Assembly: GCA_002269645.1 (NCBI GenBank)
Contig: NIVC01001880.1
Span: forward strand, 62,001 to 126,000
DNA from: Macrostomum lignano
Taxonomy: Eukaryota
DNA: 64,000 nt
Direction of reading: 5' to 3'
The notes under the pieces were generated by a model. The model was not told the DNA's origin. It did no database searches and was given only the letters and a program-made list of their open reading frames with translations. Of the stretch, positions 29,353-40,838 are shown in pieces (the first letter of the stretch is position 1; each line of letters starts with the position of its first letter). Both the position numbers and the translations under genes were made by a program.

Positions 29353-31582
29353 TCACGACAGGGTGCCGGTGCCGCCACCTGGCAGCTGGTGCCGGTCCGT
29401 GGACTTTAACGACTGCGTTTCCCTTGGCAACTGCAGCGATCGTCTGAAATCTTCGACGTCCTCGTTCTCGTCTATGGCCTGCAGAGCTTTGAACGCGTTG
29501 GAGTACAGCTCGGCAGCCTTCAGGTGCCAGGCCAGCTCGCTGAACATGTAGTTCTGCAGCACCGAGCGCAGGCCGGTGACCCGCCGACTCTCGAAGTCGA
29601 TGAGCTCCCGACTGAAGGTCTGCTCAGCCTGCGACTGACCGTTGGCACCGCTTTTGCGGCGCTGACTCTGCGACAGAGAACGGCGCAGGTTCGTCTGCGG
29701 GAGGTGTTGCGATTGGTTAGATTGGTTAGACGGATGATTGAACGGTTGGTTGGGTGATTGAACGGTTGGTTGGGTGATTGAACGGTTGGTTGAATGATTG
29801 AACGGTTGGTTGGGTGATTGAACGGTTGGTTGGGTGATTGAACGGTTGGTTGGGTGATTGAACGGTTGGTTGGGTGATTGAACGGTTGGTTGAATGATTG
29901 AACGGTTGGTTGGGTGATTGAACGGTTGGTTGGGTGATTGAACGGTTGGTTGGGTGATTGAACGGTTGGTTGGGTGATTGAACGGTTGGTTGGGTGATTG
30001 AACGGTTGGTTGGGTGATTGAACGGTTGGTTGGGTGATTGAACGGTTGGTTGGGTGATTGAACGGTTGGTTGGGTGATTGAACGGTTGGTTGAATGATTG
30101 AACGGTTGGTTGGGTGATTGAACGGTTGGTTGGGTGATTGAACGGTTGGTTGGGTGATTGAACGGTTGGTTGGGTGATTGAACGGTTGGTTGGGTGATTG
30201 AACGGTTGGTTGGGTGATTGAACGGTTGGTTGAATGATTGAACGGTTGGTTGAATGATTGAACGGTTGGTTGGGTGATTGAACGGTTGGTTGGGTGATTG
30301 AACGGTTGGTTGGGTGATTGAACGGTTGGTTGAATGATTGAACGGTTGGTTGTGTTCTGGAGCTGCCACTGTGTCGCGGTATTTCTTGTACTTTTACGTT
30401 TGCAATAGCTAAATGTACGCTCAATTAGGGGTTCGCATATTCATCTTGCTCGTTCGTACATTCCCCAATTATTGATCGCACCACCTTCACTCTTTACTGA
30501 TCGCCCCACCCCATACTACGCTCAATCGTGTATTGTACGTTTTCATTCAGCTTATAAATGTCGACCTAGAGTATCTCGCTCAAATATACTCCTTTCGGTT
30601 TCATCGCTTTATAATTAATTGTCTCAATTCCATCTCCATATAGTTTTTCTACCAACTAGGTTGGGTGATTGAACGGTTGGTTGGATTGGTTTAAGTAAAT
30701 ACAAGTAAAACTAAACAAAACGACACAACATCGAGCTCCAAACGAAACGTTAAGTCGTATTAAAAAGTCAATTTCGAGCTAACCTGAGATCCCCTGTGCT
30801 GGTTGCCGAACTTGGCCAACTCGTGCAGCACGTGGTTTTCCAGGTTGCGCACGTGGTTGTCCCGGTATTCTTCCACGTTGGCCAGGACGGTGGCGACTTC
30901 GCCCAGCGACGCCTTGGTGGTCTTGTCGTATTTCTCCGACTGAGCGCAGGCGCCAACGATGGTGGCAATGTCGTCGCCGTTGTCCCTCTGCTTGCTGGTG
31001 CGCCTGGTGTAGCCGACAAACGACTGGAACAGGTCGGCGAGGAGCTTGTCCTGCTCTGTCAGCGTCTTGTCCACGTACTCCTTGCTTGGGACTCTGTTAA
31101 TGATAAGTGTTTGGTGCTTTAGTGTGCTTGGGGGGGGGGGGTAGATCTAGTATGTTTTTAAGGAGTTGATTTTTGATAAACTATCGATAGCGAAAATTCG
31201 AATATAAATTTTTTATATTGGTAACTTCTGCATGCAAGCTTAAAGCTTCCATCAAAAGATGGCTAAGAATTAAAGTTTAATACTAGGAAAAGGGGAAAAT
31301 TAGGCGTTGAATGTGAATGATCGATTATCAATTTTTCTTCTTCGATTTCGAAATAATTAGATAAATAGATATTTAAATTATGTATATTGTGCAATTCTTA
31401 GTTGTGACCGCCAACTTTAGTTTTTTGAGGGTGTTGCCATGCATGTTAGAAATTTTAGAAAGATTCGACACGGTCAAATAAAGCAGATTTTTTAGACTTA
31501 GAGAGCATTTGATGTAAAAAATTAAAAACATTCCTAAAATAAAATAATGTACATACGCCGTTGCTCCAGCCTGGGTTGCCAT
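29353..31582 (-). CDS. CIBAR1: CBY1-interacting BAR domain protein (FAM92)
   Basis: Exons 31582-31557, 31093-30784, 29695-29353, phase consistent. Motifs LF..YTRRT.KQRD.GD, LA.VEEYR...V..LE..V...L..FG, and F.SR....L..V...Y...EL..H.KA.E.YS.AF..LQ.IDE.ED.E.FR.SL match FAM92. Confidence 0.85.
29715..30352. repeat. 20-bp intronic minisatellite (GATTGAACGGTTGGTTGGGT)
   Basis: CIBAR1 intron 2, abutting the acceptor; a further 1-2 units resume at ~30658-30690 after a unique insert. Confidence 0.95.
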
Positions 31583-32052
31583 TGAATCGAAAGTCAATAC
31601 TGAGTTGGCAGAATTATTGAAATACAGATGTAAAGAATGTACTGGAAGACATTAAGTTAAAAATGACTAAAAGCACAAAAACTTGATTGAAAAAACTATA
31701 AAAGTATAATTACCTGAAAATAACTTAAAAACAATACGAAACATATCTTATACAGTTTTTTAGCCAGAGATTCTAAGTCAAGCATTAAGTTTTTATTTAA
31801 ATGCGTTTGATTTTTGACTGCGCTTTTCTGGGATATTTACTAAGAAATTGTCTTCTTTCGCTATGAACTTGTAATAGAAAAATGAGTTGGTTTAGTCAAG
31901 TTAATAGACGATAGACACAATACATAATCTTGTATCAATGTATTTAAGTCAATAATTTTGATATCTATAAAGATTTTAGCTCTCAAATACAGAAATTTGA
32001 GTTTTTGAGGTGAACAAAAGTTGTTTTTCACATCGCATGATTATAGGCTTAA

Positions 32053-34111
32053 CGGTAAGCCGATGGATGTCCCGAATACGGGACAAGCAGCCACTTCTGC
32101 TTCAGCCGAAAACTTAAAACTAAGCTCTATGGTCAAAACTGCAGCTGCGCTGCACTGCCGTTGCCGACGGCTGTGTCCCAAAAACGGGACACACTGCTTT
32201 ATTTTAATTTAAAATAAGTGAAAGTGCTAACAGAACAGAAACAGGATTAGAACAGATAATTTTGGATTGACACCATAGCAACGGAAAGCTCCTTGTCAGG
32301 GTACTCCATAAATATTTACTTAAATTTTATTCAAGGGTGGGGACAAAAAGGGAGCGGGTTAGGAATGGAAAGAGCAAAGTCAACCGAGGGTGTGGAAGAA
32401 AAAAACATGAAGATGAGGTCTGTAACAGTCAGTGCGGTTGGCTGTGCCAGTTTCTGAAGCACTGGCCTATACAAAGTGCTGGTACTCCCGGACAATCAGG
32501 GCATACCTACACTGTCTTCTTCGCGATTCAGTTCTCGCTCGCTGCACACGCGGCATTGATTGCATGGCCGAATATAGGCAGCGTTCAATGGAGCTTTGGT
32601 TGGCAAATGCTATACTGCAGGGCCGTCACCTGCCGGTCTGACTGCTGCAGGATGGCCTGCCCTGACAGCGAAATGGCGCCTGCCCCTGCCAGTCTCCTCC
32701 ACCAAGATGCTGACTGCTTTGCGCAGAAATGCCACGAAAGTCTTGGTACCTCCGTGCTGGCAGTAGACAATCCACAAGTTCCAAACCAGAAGCAGCAGCA
32801 GGTAAAATGCAAGTTTCTAAAACCAGTGCAGTGTTTTCTGGCTGGCTAGGTAGGGGTTCGCTGCCGAATCCATACAGTCCACGCCGCCCATACTCTTCGA
32901 GTAGGTGACCATTGTCACTGGCTTTGCGATCACCTGCTGCTCGCCTCCCCGACAGACTCGTGGCACGGTCACGCAGGCAGCCTGGCCAGCAGTGTCCAGG
33001 AGATACACATTCTTTGTTCCGCTGCTCTTCCTATCCGCTGGATCTTGGCCAAGGGCCCTTCTTGGACATCCGTGCAGTCGTAGAAACGAAGGCAGGAAAG
33101 CAGCTGCTTGAACCTATCTCTCGAGAGGGCATTGGACATGGACAGAAAGGAGCAATGGAAAACAGGGTCCTGGCTCCAGTAGCTGCTGATCTCCGGCTTT
33201 TTGTCTAGGCCCATCAACAGAACAGCTTCCTCACCTCATCATCTGTACAATCTCACCAGTTCTTTACCAGCTTCGGCAACTGCTCTTTGTCAGCGCACTC
33301 CTTGAATATCTTCCATGCCCTACGATTCGTCCAGGTTTTCACGCTTGCAATAATTCCATCAGTGAGGTACAGACTCAGAAACTCCTCTTTGTTTCCATCA
33401 GCTGAAGCTGGAGGCCTCCAATCTGGGTGAACCCCTGGTGTTCCCAGAAACTCGGCTTCATTCGGCACACCATCCATTCCAGTCTGAACAAAGTGCCACT
33501 CTGGTACATCACCAACTTCCTCTGTCTGCATGCCTTCTTCTTCTTCTTCTTTTGATTCTTCACCTTCTTCCTCCATCAACTCATCCTCGATTCTATCTAG
33601 CGACTCCAGCGAGTCGTCATCAGTGAAAATGGGTGCACATTCATTTTCAGATTCCATGGCAATAACAACGCGAGTAGCGCAGCAGCCAGAGAGACAGTAA
33701 ATATATAGTTAAAGTGAAAGTGCAGGAAAAATAAGAGAGGCTATTTAATTGTACTTGGACAGGGCCCTAAACGAATATATTTAAAAGACATTAAACTAGA
33801 GGGGGGGGGTGAAGATAATAAAAAGGGCAATGGAACTCGCGACTAAAAGAGGCAAGGTTGAAGAGCCAATCAGAAGGCAGCAAGGGAAACAGATAAAAAA
33901 AGACTGAACTGGACAAAGAGGGAAAAAACAGTAAACAGAGACAAGTTCAGATGAAATTAAGAAATGACTAAGACAGTCGCAACAGAGAGAAACCGGCGGG
34001 AAAGGGGGTGCTGCAGCAGCGACTTTAGCGACTGTTCAATAGTCTATGTCTCAATTTTGGGATAGCCGTTGGCAACAGGGGTGATGCTAAACCCCACCCG
34101 TCGCGTAGAGG
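32053..34111 (-). mobile_element. Internally deleted, non-autonomous piggyBac (PGBD4-like) element
   Basis: Fragmented transposase on the minus strand (33657 to ~32450): FLSLYLTDGII..VK.WTN, MGLDKKP.I.SYWS, LSRDRF.QLL..LRF, VYLL.T, KP.TMVTYSKSMGGVD, and C-terminal CRVC...CPDCPGVPALCIGQCFRNWH. TTAA at 32049-32052 and 34112-34115 with weakly matching termini, so the ends are tentative. Confidence 0.85.
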
Positions 34112-35338
34112 TTAACCATAGGCTTTTCACGAAGATTGGTTCCAGAAACAATAATTCCGATTCCAGAACCAGAATCGGTAGGAAAATAAAAAGCCTTGAA
34201 CTCATTTTATGTTTGTCAGTCTTTACAATTTATTTTTTTGCTCCTTGACTTTGCTTTGTCTTATCCTTAAGTTATATAACAAACAAAAACACTACTAGGC
34301 TAATATATCAATCATAAAAATTGACCATTTCAAATATATTTTACTGTTAAAGTGTAAACATGACAATGGATTAAGAAAATTTCTCAAACCAAACTCCAGA
34401 ATCTGATCATAGTTCTGGAACTAATTCTGAAAATGAAATAGACAATATGAAAAGCTTTGATTACAGGGTGCCTTTGCCCTCCTTTATCTCCTTTATTCTC
34501 CTTTATTCTCCTTTATTTAGCAAACCCTTACCTTTATCTCCTTTATCTCCTTTATTTAAAAGATTTTTGGGACTTTCTCCTTTATTTTAGCCACTTTAGC
34601 TACTACTAAGATTTTTAGCACTTGTATATAATGTATTGTTAGTTTAAGGTCATTTTAAATAATGATTTATTAGAAGACTATTCCATCAACTTGTATTATT
34701 TTCCATCAACTTCTAAGCTACACCTTGCAAAGGCCATACTAGATGTTTATTGGCCACTATCTATATGTCTATATATAAGGTATTAGGCCTTTGTCCATTG
34801 ACCTATTGTTTAGCTTACCTTGTAAAAGACTTTGTTAAGGCTAGACTTGCTATATTCTAATTGATATTGACTTGTAGGCTTTAGGCCTTATCCTTCAGTT
34901 TGTAACTAGGCTAGACATTGCTGTTTTCTATTAGCTAAGTGCTTTACTAATCCCCTATATTAACATGTGTTCAATTAGCCCCCCCTTTAATAAAAATATT
35001 TCCCCTTTATCCCCTTAGTAGAAATGTTAATTATGCTATATACTATATAATTTCTAACTCTTAGCAATTATCAAATATATTTTAACTTATTGAGTTGTCT
35101 CATTTATTAAGCTTGTTTATATATTTACTAGTCTTATTTATTTATTATTTACCAAGTTATCATTAAATAGTCTTAAACTAAAGTTTTTTTATTGATTAAG
35201 GTAAAACCAAAAAATCAACCTAATACAAATAGTTATATCTTATATAATAGGAAAGCAAGTTATCATAGAGATTATTAAAATTAATACTTATTAATTAGAA
35301 ACAATTTGTCTTTTCATTGAATAGAATCATTTAAAAAA

Positions 35339-35702
35339 TAGTGGTAGCGTAGTATCTCTGGTTGGGGGGGGCAGTAGTTAGGTGGTCACCCCCTTCCCCT
35401 ACCTATTGTAATTAAACAAATAAAAACATTTGAATTAGAACACAAATCTTCTAAGAAAGTAGAAAATTACAAACAAATTATGACATACTTCTTACAAAAC
35501 AAATGTACAACACAAAAATTCTTATAAAAATGCATTTTTAATCATTGATACAAGTGGCATAGCAGGGGGTGACCATCTGTCCTCCCTTCTTAGGGTCTTT
35601 TTGAGGGCCGTGGGGATGGTGAGGTGGTCACCCCCCTTGAGGCAGTGACCTGTGGTCATCCGGGGGCAGCTGCCTCTCCTCTACCCCTCTATGCTTCCAC
35701 TG
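35339..35702. mobile_element. Degenerate MITE-like fragments (AGTGG.AGC.TAG termini, repeated GGGGGTGACCA)
   Basis: Imperfect inverted termini at ~35339 and ~35702; GGGGGTGACCA motif in both orientations at ~35382, ~35545, ~35625. Confidence 0.3.
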
Positions 35703-36140
35703 TTAAAAATATCATATTTTTGTTATTTTAATTTAGATTCATTAAATTATATAATATATAATAAATCTTGAAGTTCATAAAAACTATTGAATATAATCTG
35801 AAGCTCATTATAATTTTCACTTTTGTACTTTTGTTTGTTTGATTGTTTAGCTAAAAGTATAAAATTATAAGTTCAAAAAAAGCTGTTTATGTCTATATGC
35901 TTAAAGGTGTAATTGCGACCTTATATAATAAACTATAACCTATGTACATTCCCAAACTTGAACTGAAAACCCTGTTTGCCTGTGTACATACCCATGTTCA
36001 TACTCATGTTCACTCCTTAAACTGCTTGCCTCCTTGCTGGCTAGCAGTGGCTAAAGCCACCATTTTGAGCCTAATTAGCCAGCACCCTGCTGCCTCTCTC
36101 CAGCTTTCCAGCTGCAGAAGCTGCCACCGCAGCCGCCGCC

Positions 36141-37142
36141 ATGTCGAGCCGCGCCGCAACCGGCCACGAGGCGACGCCGGGCCCGCCGCCGCCGCCACCG
36201 CCTCCTGAGGACAACCCCTACTCGTTCCGGCGCTTCCTCATCTCTGACCACCAGCCTCCCCCGCCGCCGCCGCCCCCAGCCAATCAGAATCCGTTCAGCC
36301 TGGCCAATCACCATCTGCCAGATTTTGTGCAGTCGGCCGAAGGCAGCAGCCCGGCCTCGCATTTGCACCATCACCACCACGCGCCGCCGCCTCCGCCCCC
36401 GCCGCCTCCCGTGCCGCCGCGAGACGCCGCCGCTGTCGCTGCCGCTGCAGCAGCTTCGGCCGCGTCAGCAGCAGCAGCTGCCGCGGCGTCCTCAGCTGCC
36501 GCCACCGCCGCCTCCCCACCGGCCGAGCCGACGCCGCTGCCCGACTTCCTAGCGGGGCACGAACCCGCGACCGCCGCCGCGGCAACCGCCTCAACGCCGA
36601 GCGACGCCTCCGCCTCGCCAATTCTGTCGGCGGGCTCGCCGCCTGCCGCCTCGGCCGCCCCGCCCGGCTCGCCAGCCGTCCACGGCTGCCCCGGCTGCGC
36701 CCGGCTCGGCCGCGAGTGCGACCAGCTGCGCCGCCGGCTGCGCCAGCGCGAGGACCAGGAGCGCCTGGAGACAGACCAGCTGCGCCAGGTCGAGGCCGCC
36801 CTCACCGCTGCCAACGACCGGGCGGCCCGGGCCGAGCAGCGAGTGGCCCGCCTGCGGCAGCAGCTGCAGGAGGCGCGCTCAGCTGCATCGGCGGCCTCAG
36901 CAGGAGCGTCGGCGACTTCAGCTCCGCAGCAGCCGTCGGGGGAGCAGGACGCGGTGACCGCGGAGGCCCGCGGCATTGCCGGGCAGCTTCGGCTGGGCGC
37001 CCGGCAGCAGGAGACGGCTCTCCAGGCGCTGCTGAAGGGCCTGGAAGCGGCGCACCTGCTGGCGGACCGGCTGGACTCTCTCGGCCGGCTGCGGGAGGAG
37101 GCGGGCGGCGGCGGGGCGGCCCGGATGGACGACCCGGACTGA
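36141..37142 (+). CDS. ENTR1: Endosome-associated trafficking regulator 1 (SDCCAG3)-like, single exon, 333 aa
   Basis: N-terminal NPYSFRRFL and NPFS motifs plus two LPDF motifs, followed by a C-terminal coiled coil; good Kozak context GCCGCCATG. Confidence 0.7.
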   Translation: MSSRAATGHEATPGPPPPPPPPEDNPYSFRRFLISDHQPPPPPPPPANQNPFSLANHHLPDFVQSAEGSSPASHLHHHHHAPPPPPPPPPVPPRDAAAVAAAAAASAASAAAAAAASSAAATAASPPAEPTPLPDFLAGHEPATAAAATASTPSDASASPILSAGSPPAASAAPPGSPAVHGCPGCARLGRECDQLRRRLRQREDQERLETDQLRQVEAALTAANDRAARAEQRVARLRQQLQEARSAASAASAGASATSAPQQPSGEQDAVTAEARGIAGQLRLGARQQETALQALLKGLEAAHLLADRLDSLGRLREEAGGGGAARMDDPD

Positions 37143-37724
37143 GGCTGCCGCCCCCCGCCCCCCTAGCGCGTTTTTCTATTATGGACATCTCATTAGCATA
37201 ATTAATGCATTGCTTGTTTTATATCGCCCGAGATGCCCGCTGGATGCAGATTTATTGAAATTGAGAATATGAATTCTTCAAGCCGACGCTGCGCTCTGTC
37301 TGGCAAGGACAAATCATTCATTATTTTTATTGGCAACTGGCAGTCCTGCAAACTCTAATCAGTGCTCACTCCGACTTGTGTGATTCTCGCGTGATTAATG
37401 CTTTTTGTGTTAATTAATAATTAGCCAGGATTATCTCATCCACCTGTCTGCGCCCAGCATGCCTTCAACTGCACCCCTAGCGCTCAGCTAATGTAATTTA
37501 TGATAATTTGTTCATGCACGTCTTCAGCCATTTTTATATCATCCTGCTTAGGGATTTTTGAGTAGATCGGGTCCGATATCTGGCACTCAATAAATTGCGA
37601 TGTTGCAGAAGTACCTGTACAGTTTGCTCTTGTTGACTTCTCATTGTGTCCAGCGCTTATAGGCTTATGTAGGCGTGAGTGTCTGACAAGGGTGCGGCAG
37701 CTCAGTGGTGACTCACCCCACGAA

Positions 37725-38257
37725 CCCTGAGTGCCTGTCCAGCAGTTATCAGTGGATAATTGAGCAGCCAATCAGGTATGAGTGCCTGGCCAGCAGTTAT
37801 CAGTGGTGGATAATTGAGCAGCCAATCGGGTGTGAGTGCCTGGCCAGCAGTTATCAGTGGATAATTGAGCAGCCAATCAGGTGTGAGTGCCTGGCCAGCA
37901 GTTATCAGTGGATAATTGAGCAGCCAATCAGGTGTGAGTGCCTGGCCAGCAGTTATCAGTGGTGGATAATTGAGCAGCCAATCAGGTGTGAGTGCCTGGC
38001 CAGCAGTTATCAGTGGATAATTGAACAGCCAATCAGGTGTGATTGCCTGGCCAGCAGTTATCAGTGGATAATTGAACAGCCAATCAGGTGTGATTGCCTG
38101 GCCAGCAGTTATCAGTGGTGGATAATTGAGCAGCCAATCAGGTGTGATTGCCTGGCCAGCAGTTATCAGTGGATAATTGAACAGCCAATCAGGTGTGATT
38201 GCCTGGCCAGCAGTTATCAGTGGTGGATAATTGAGCAGCCAATCAGGTGCGAGTGCC
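37725..38257. repeat. 51/54-bp minisatellite immediately upstream of LZTFL1; each unit contains AGCCAATCAG
   Basis: About 10 units, ending about 25 bp before the ATG at 38280. Confidence 0.93.
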
Positions 38258-38279
38258 TCCCTAACCCCGCTGCCACGCC

Positions 38280-40838
38280 ATGTCAGCCCTGGGCCTGAAC
38301 GATCACCACCAGACCAACATTGTGCAGTACCTGCGCTTCGCTCGCTACCAGCGCGGCCAAAGACTAAAAAGTGTCCTTGGCTGCTTTGACGACATCCGCG
38401 ACTCCAGGCTGAAGGACGAGGCCAACTTCACTATCGACGAGGTGGAAGACCTGCTGGCCGACCTGGAAGAGAATGTGCGCACCGAGGTGGAGGCTGAGCT
38501 CATTAACGGTGCTCACACCAATATTCTGCTGCTCAGGCAGCTGTTCCAACAGGTAACTGGGCTCGCTGCTGCTGGGGTGCGGAATGGGCAGGTACAGTGC
38601 GTTTGGAACTGCATTAGAGGGCACAGCACTGCATTCGGAATATCATCAAAATGTACATCACACTGCATTAGGACTTGCATTAGAATGCACTAGCATTAGG
38701 ACTTGCATTAGAATGCACTAGCATTAGGACTTGCATTAGAATGCACTAGCATTAGGACTTGCATTAGAATGCACTAGCATTAGGACTTGCATTAGAATGC
38801 ACTAGCATTAGGACTTGCATTAGAATGCACTAGCATTAGGACTTGCATTAGAATGCACTAGCATTAGGACTTGCATTAGAATGCACTAGCATTAGGACTT
38901 GCATTAGAATGCACTAGCATTAGGACTTGCATTAGAATGCACTAGCATTAGGACTTGCATTAGAATGCACTAGCATTAGGACTTGCATTAGAATGCACTA
39001 GCATTAGAGCTCCGATCCCCGCAGGCGGAGAAGTGGCACCTCCGCCTGTCCGCGGACGTGTCCGAGCTGGAGAACAAGGCCCTGCTGGACCGCATCCGCG
39101 AATTCGAGGAAGCCGAGTTCAGCGGCGCCGGCGCCGACGCCAGGCCGCACCTGGCCCCGGTGAACGACACGGGCAGCACGGAGCTGCTCCGCCAGGAGAT
39201 CGGCCGCCTGCACGTCCAGATCGGCCAGCTGGAGGAGCGCCTGCAGGACGCCCAGATCGAGGCCGAGCGGCTGAAGACGGACAAGCTGGACTTGGCCAGG
39301 CAGCTCGCCCAGGGCGTCAAAGGCGGCGACCGGCTGGTGCGCGACCTCGAGAAGGAGCTCGAACGGATGCGGGACGACCGGCGCGAGATGCGAGCTCAGG
39401 TGAGTCTTGTCTCCATTGTCAGGCCAAATCGGGTCTCAGGTAAAAAAATTAGTTCAGATCGAGAGGTCAGGTCTGGTAATAAAAACAAGGTCAAAGGTCA
39501 CGGTGGGTCAGTTCAGATCGAATGGTCAAGTTAGGTCACAAGGATTGGGTCTGGTCAGGTCGCAATGACGGGGTCAGGTGAGGTCACAAGGATTGGGTCT
39601 GGTCAGGTCGCAATGACGGGGTCAGGTGAGGTCACAAGGATTGGGTCTGTCAGGTCACAATGACGGGGTCAGGTGAGGTCACAAGTTTGGGTCAGGTGAG
39701 GTCACAAGTTCGGGTCAGTCGCAATGACGGGGTCAGGTGAGGTCACAAGTTCGGGTCAGTCGCAATGACGGGGTCAGGTGAGGTCACAAGGATTGGGTCT
39801 GTCAGGTCACAATGACGGGGTCAGGTGAGGTCACAAGTTTGGGTCAGGTGAGGTCACAAGTTCGGGTCAGTCGCAATGACGGGGTCAGGTGGGGTCACAA
39901 GTTCGGGTCAGTCGCAATGACGGGGTCAGGTGAGGTCACAAGGATTGGGTCTGTCAGGTCACAATGACGGGGTCAGGTGAGGTCACAAGTTTGGGTCAGG
40001 TGAGGTCACAAGTTCGGGTCAGTCGCAATGACGGGGTCAGGTGAGGTCACAAGGATTGGGTCTGTCAGGTCACAATGACGGGGTCAGGTGAGGTCACAAG
40101 TTTGGGTCAGGTGAGGTCACAAGTTCGGGTCAGTCGCAATGACGGGGTCAGGTGGGGTCACAAGTTCGGGTCAGTCGCAATGACGGGGTCAGGTGAGGTC
40201 ACAAGGATTGGGTCTGTCAGGTCACAATGACGGGGTCAGGTGAGGTCACAAGTTTGGGTCAGGTGAGGTCACAAGTTCGGGTCAGTCGCAATGACGGGGT
40301 CAGGTGGGGTCACAAGTTCGGGTCAGTCGCAATGACGGGGTCAGGTGAGGTCACAAGGATTGGGTCTGTCAGGTCACAATGACGGGGTCAGGTGAGGTCA
40401 CAAGTTTGGGTCAGGTGAGGTCACAAGTTCGGGTCAGTCGCAATGACGGGGTCAGGTGGGGTCACAAGTTCGGGTCAGGTCACAAAGGTAGGGCCAGGCC
40501 AGTTCCCGAGTTGAAGGTCAAGCCGGGTCACAAGAGCAAGGTCCATCAGTCGGACAGGTCAGTTCAGGCCAGGGGAAGCCACGCCAGTCCCCAGGGGCTC
40601 ACCTGCCGGACCCCCCCCCGCACGCCAGCACTCCGGGCTGGGTCCCGACGAGGCCGAGGACGAGCTGTCGCGAGTTCGCGCCCTGCTCAGCCTGGCGGAG
40701 CAGGAACTGGAGCTGAAGGTGTCGCAGACGGCGCCGTTCCGCAATCTGAAGCAGATGCTGCAGAAGAAAAACGACCAGATCAAAGACCTCCGCCGCCGCC
40801 TTGCCCAGTTCGAGGACGACGAGGAGGATGACGACTGA
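38280..40838 (+). CDS. LZTFL1: Leucine zipper transcription factor-like 1 (BBS17)
   Basis: Exons 38280-38552, 39025-39399, 40629-40838. Motifs LGLN.HHQ..I..YLRFAR..RG.RLK.V..CF.D...SRL, FTIDEV, ELIN..HTN.LLLRQLFQQAEKWHL.L..D.SELEN..LL, and C-terminal ELE.K.SQTA.FRNLK.ML.KKN.QIKDLRRRL. Confidence 0.96.
38665..39008. repeat. 28-bp intronic minisatellite (GCATTAGGACTTGCATTAGAATGCACTA)
   Basis: LZTFL1 intron 1; about 12 essentially perfect copies. Confidence 0.95.
39530..40485. repeat. Compound G-rich intronic minisatellite with higher-order structure (core GGGGTCAGGTGAGGTCACAAG)
   Basis: LZTFL1 intron 2; alternating sub-units repeated in blocks. Confidence 0.93.

Noticed and set aside
30353-30657. 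Alternative genetic code (TAA/TAG read as Gln) in the satellite insert
   Set aside because: Three stops in about 100 codons is not distinguishable from chance in AT-rich DNA.
34464-34640. CAGGGTGCC plus CTCCTTTAT subterminal repeats suggesting a hAT/MITE end
   Set aside because: No matching inverted end or TSD was found.
35942-37201. Multiple overlapping antisense and alternative-frame ORFs over ENTR1, and similarly over other GC-rich exons
   Set aside because: Expected stop-codon scarcity in high-GC coding DNA; only one frame per locus shows family motifs.
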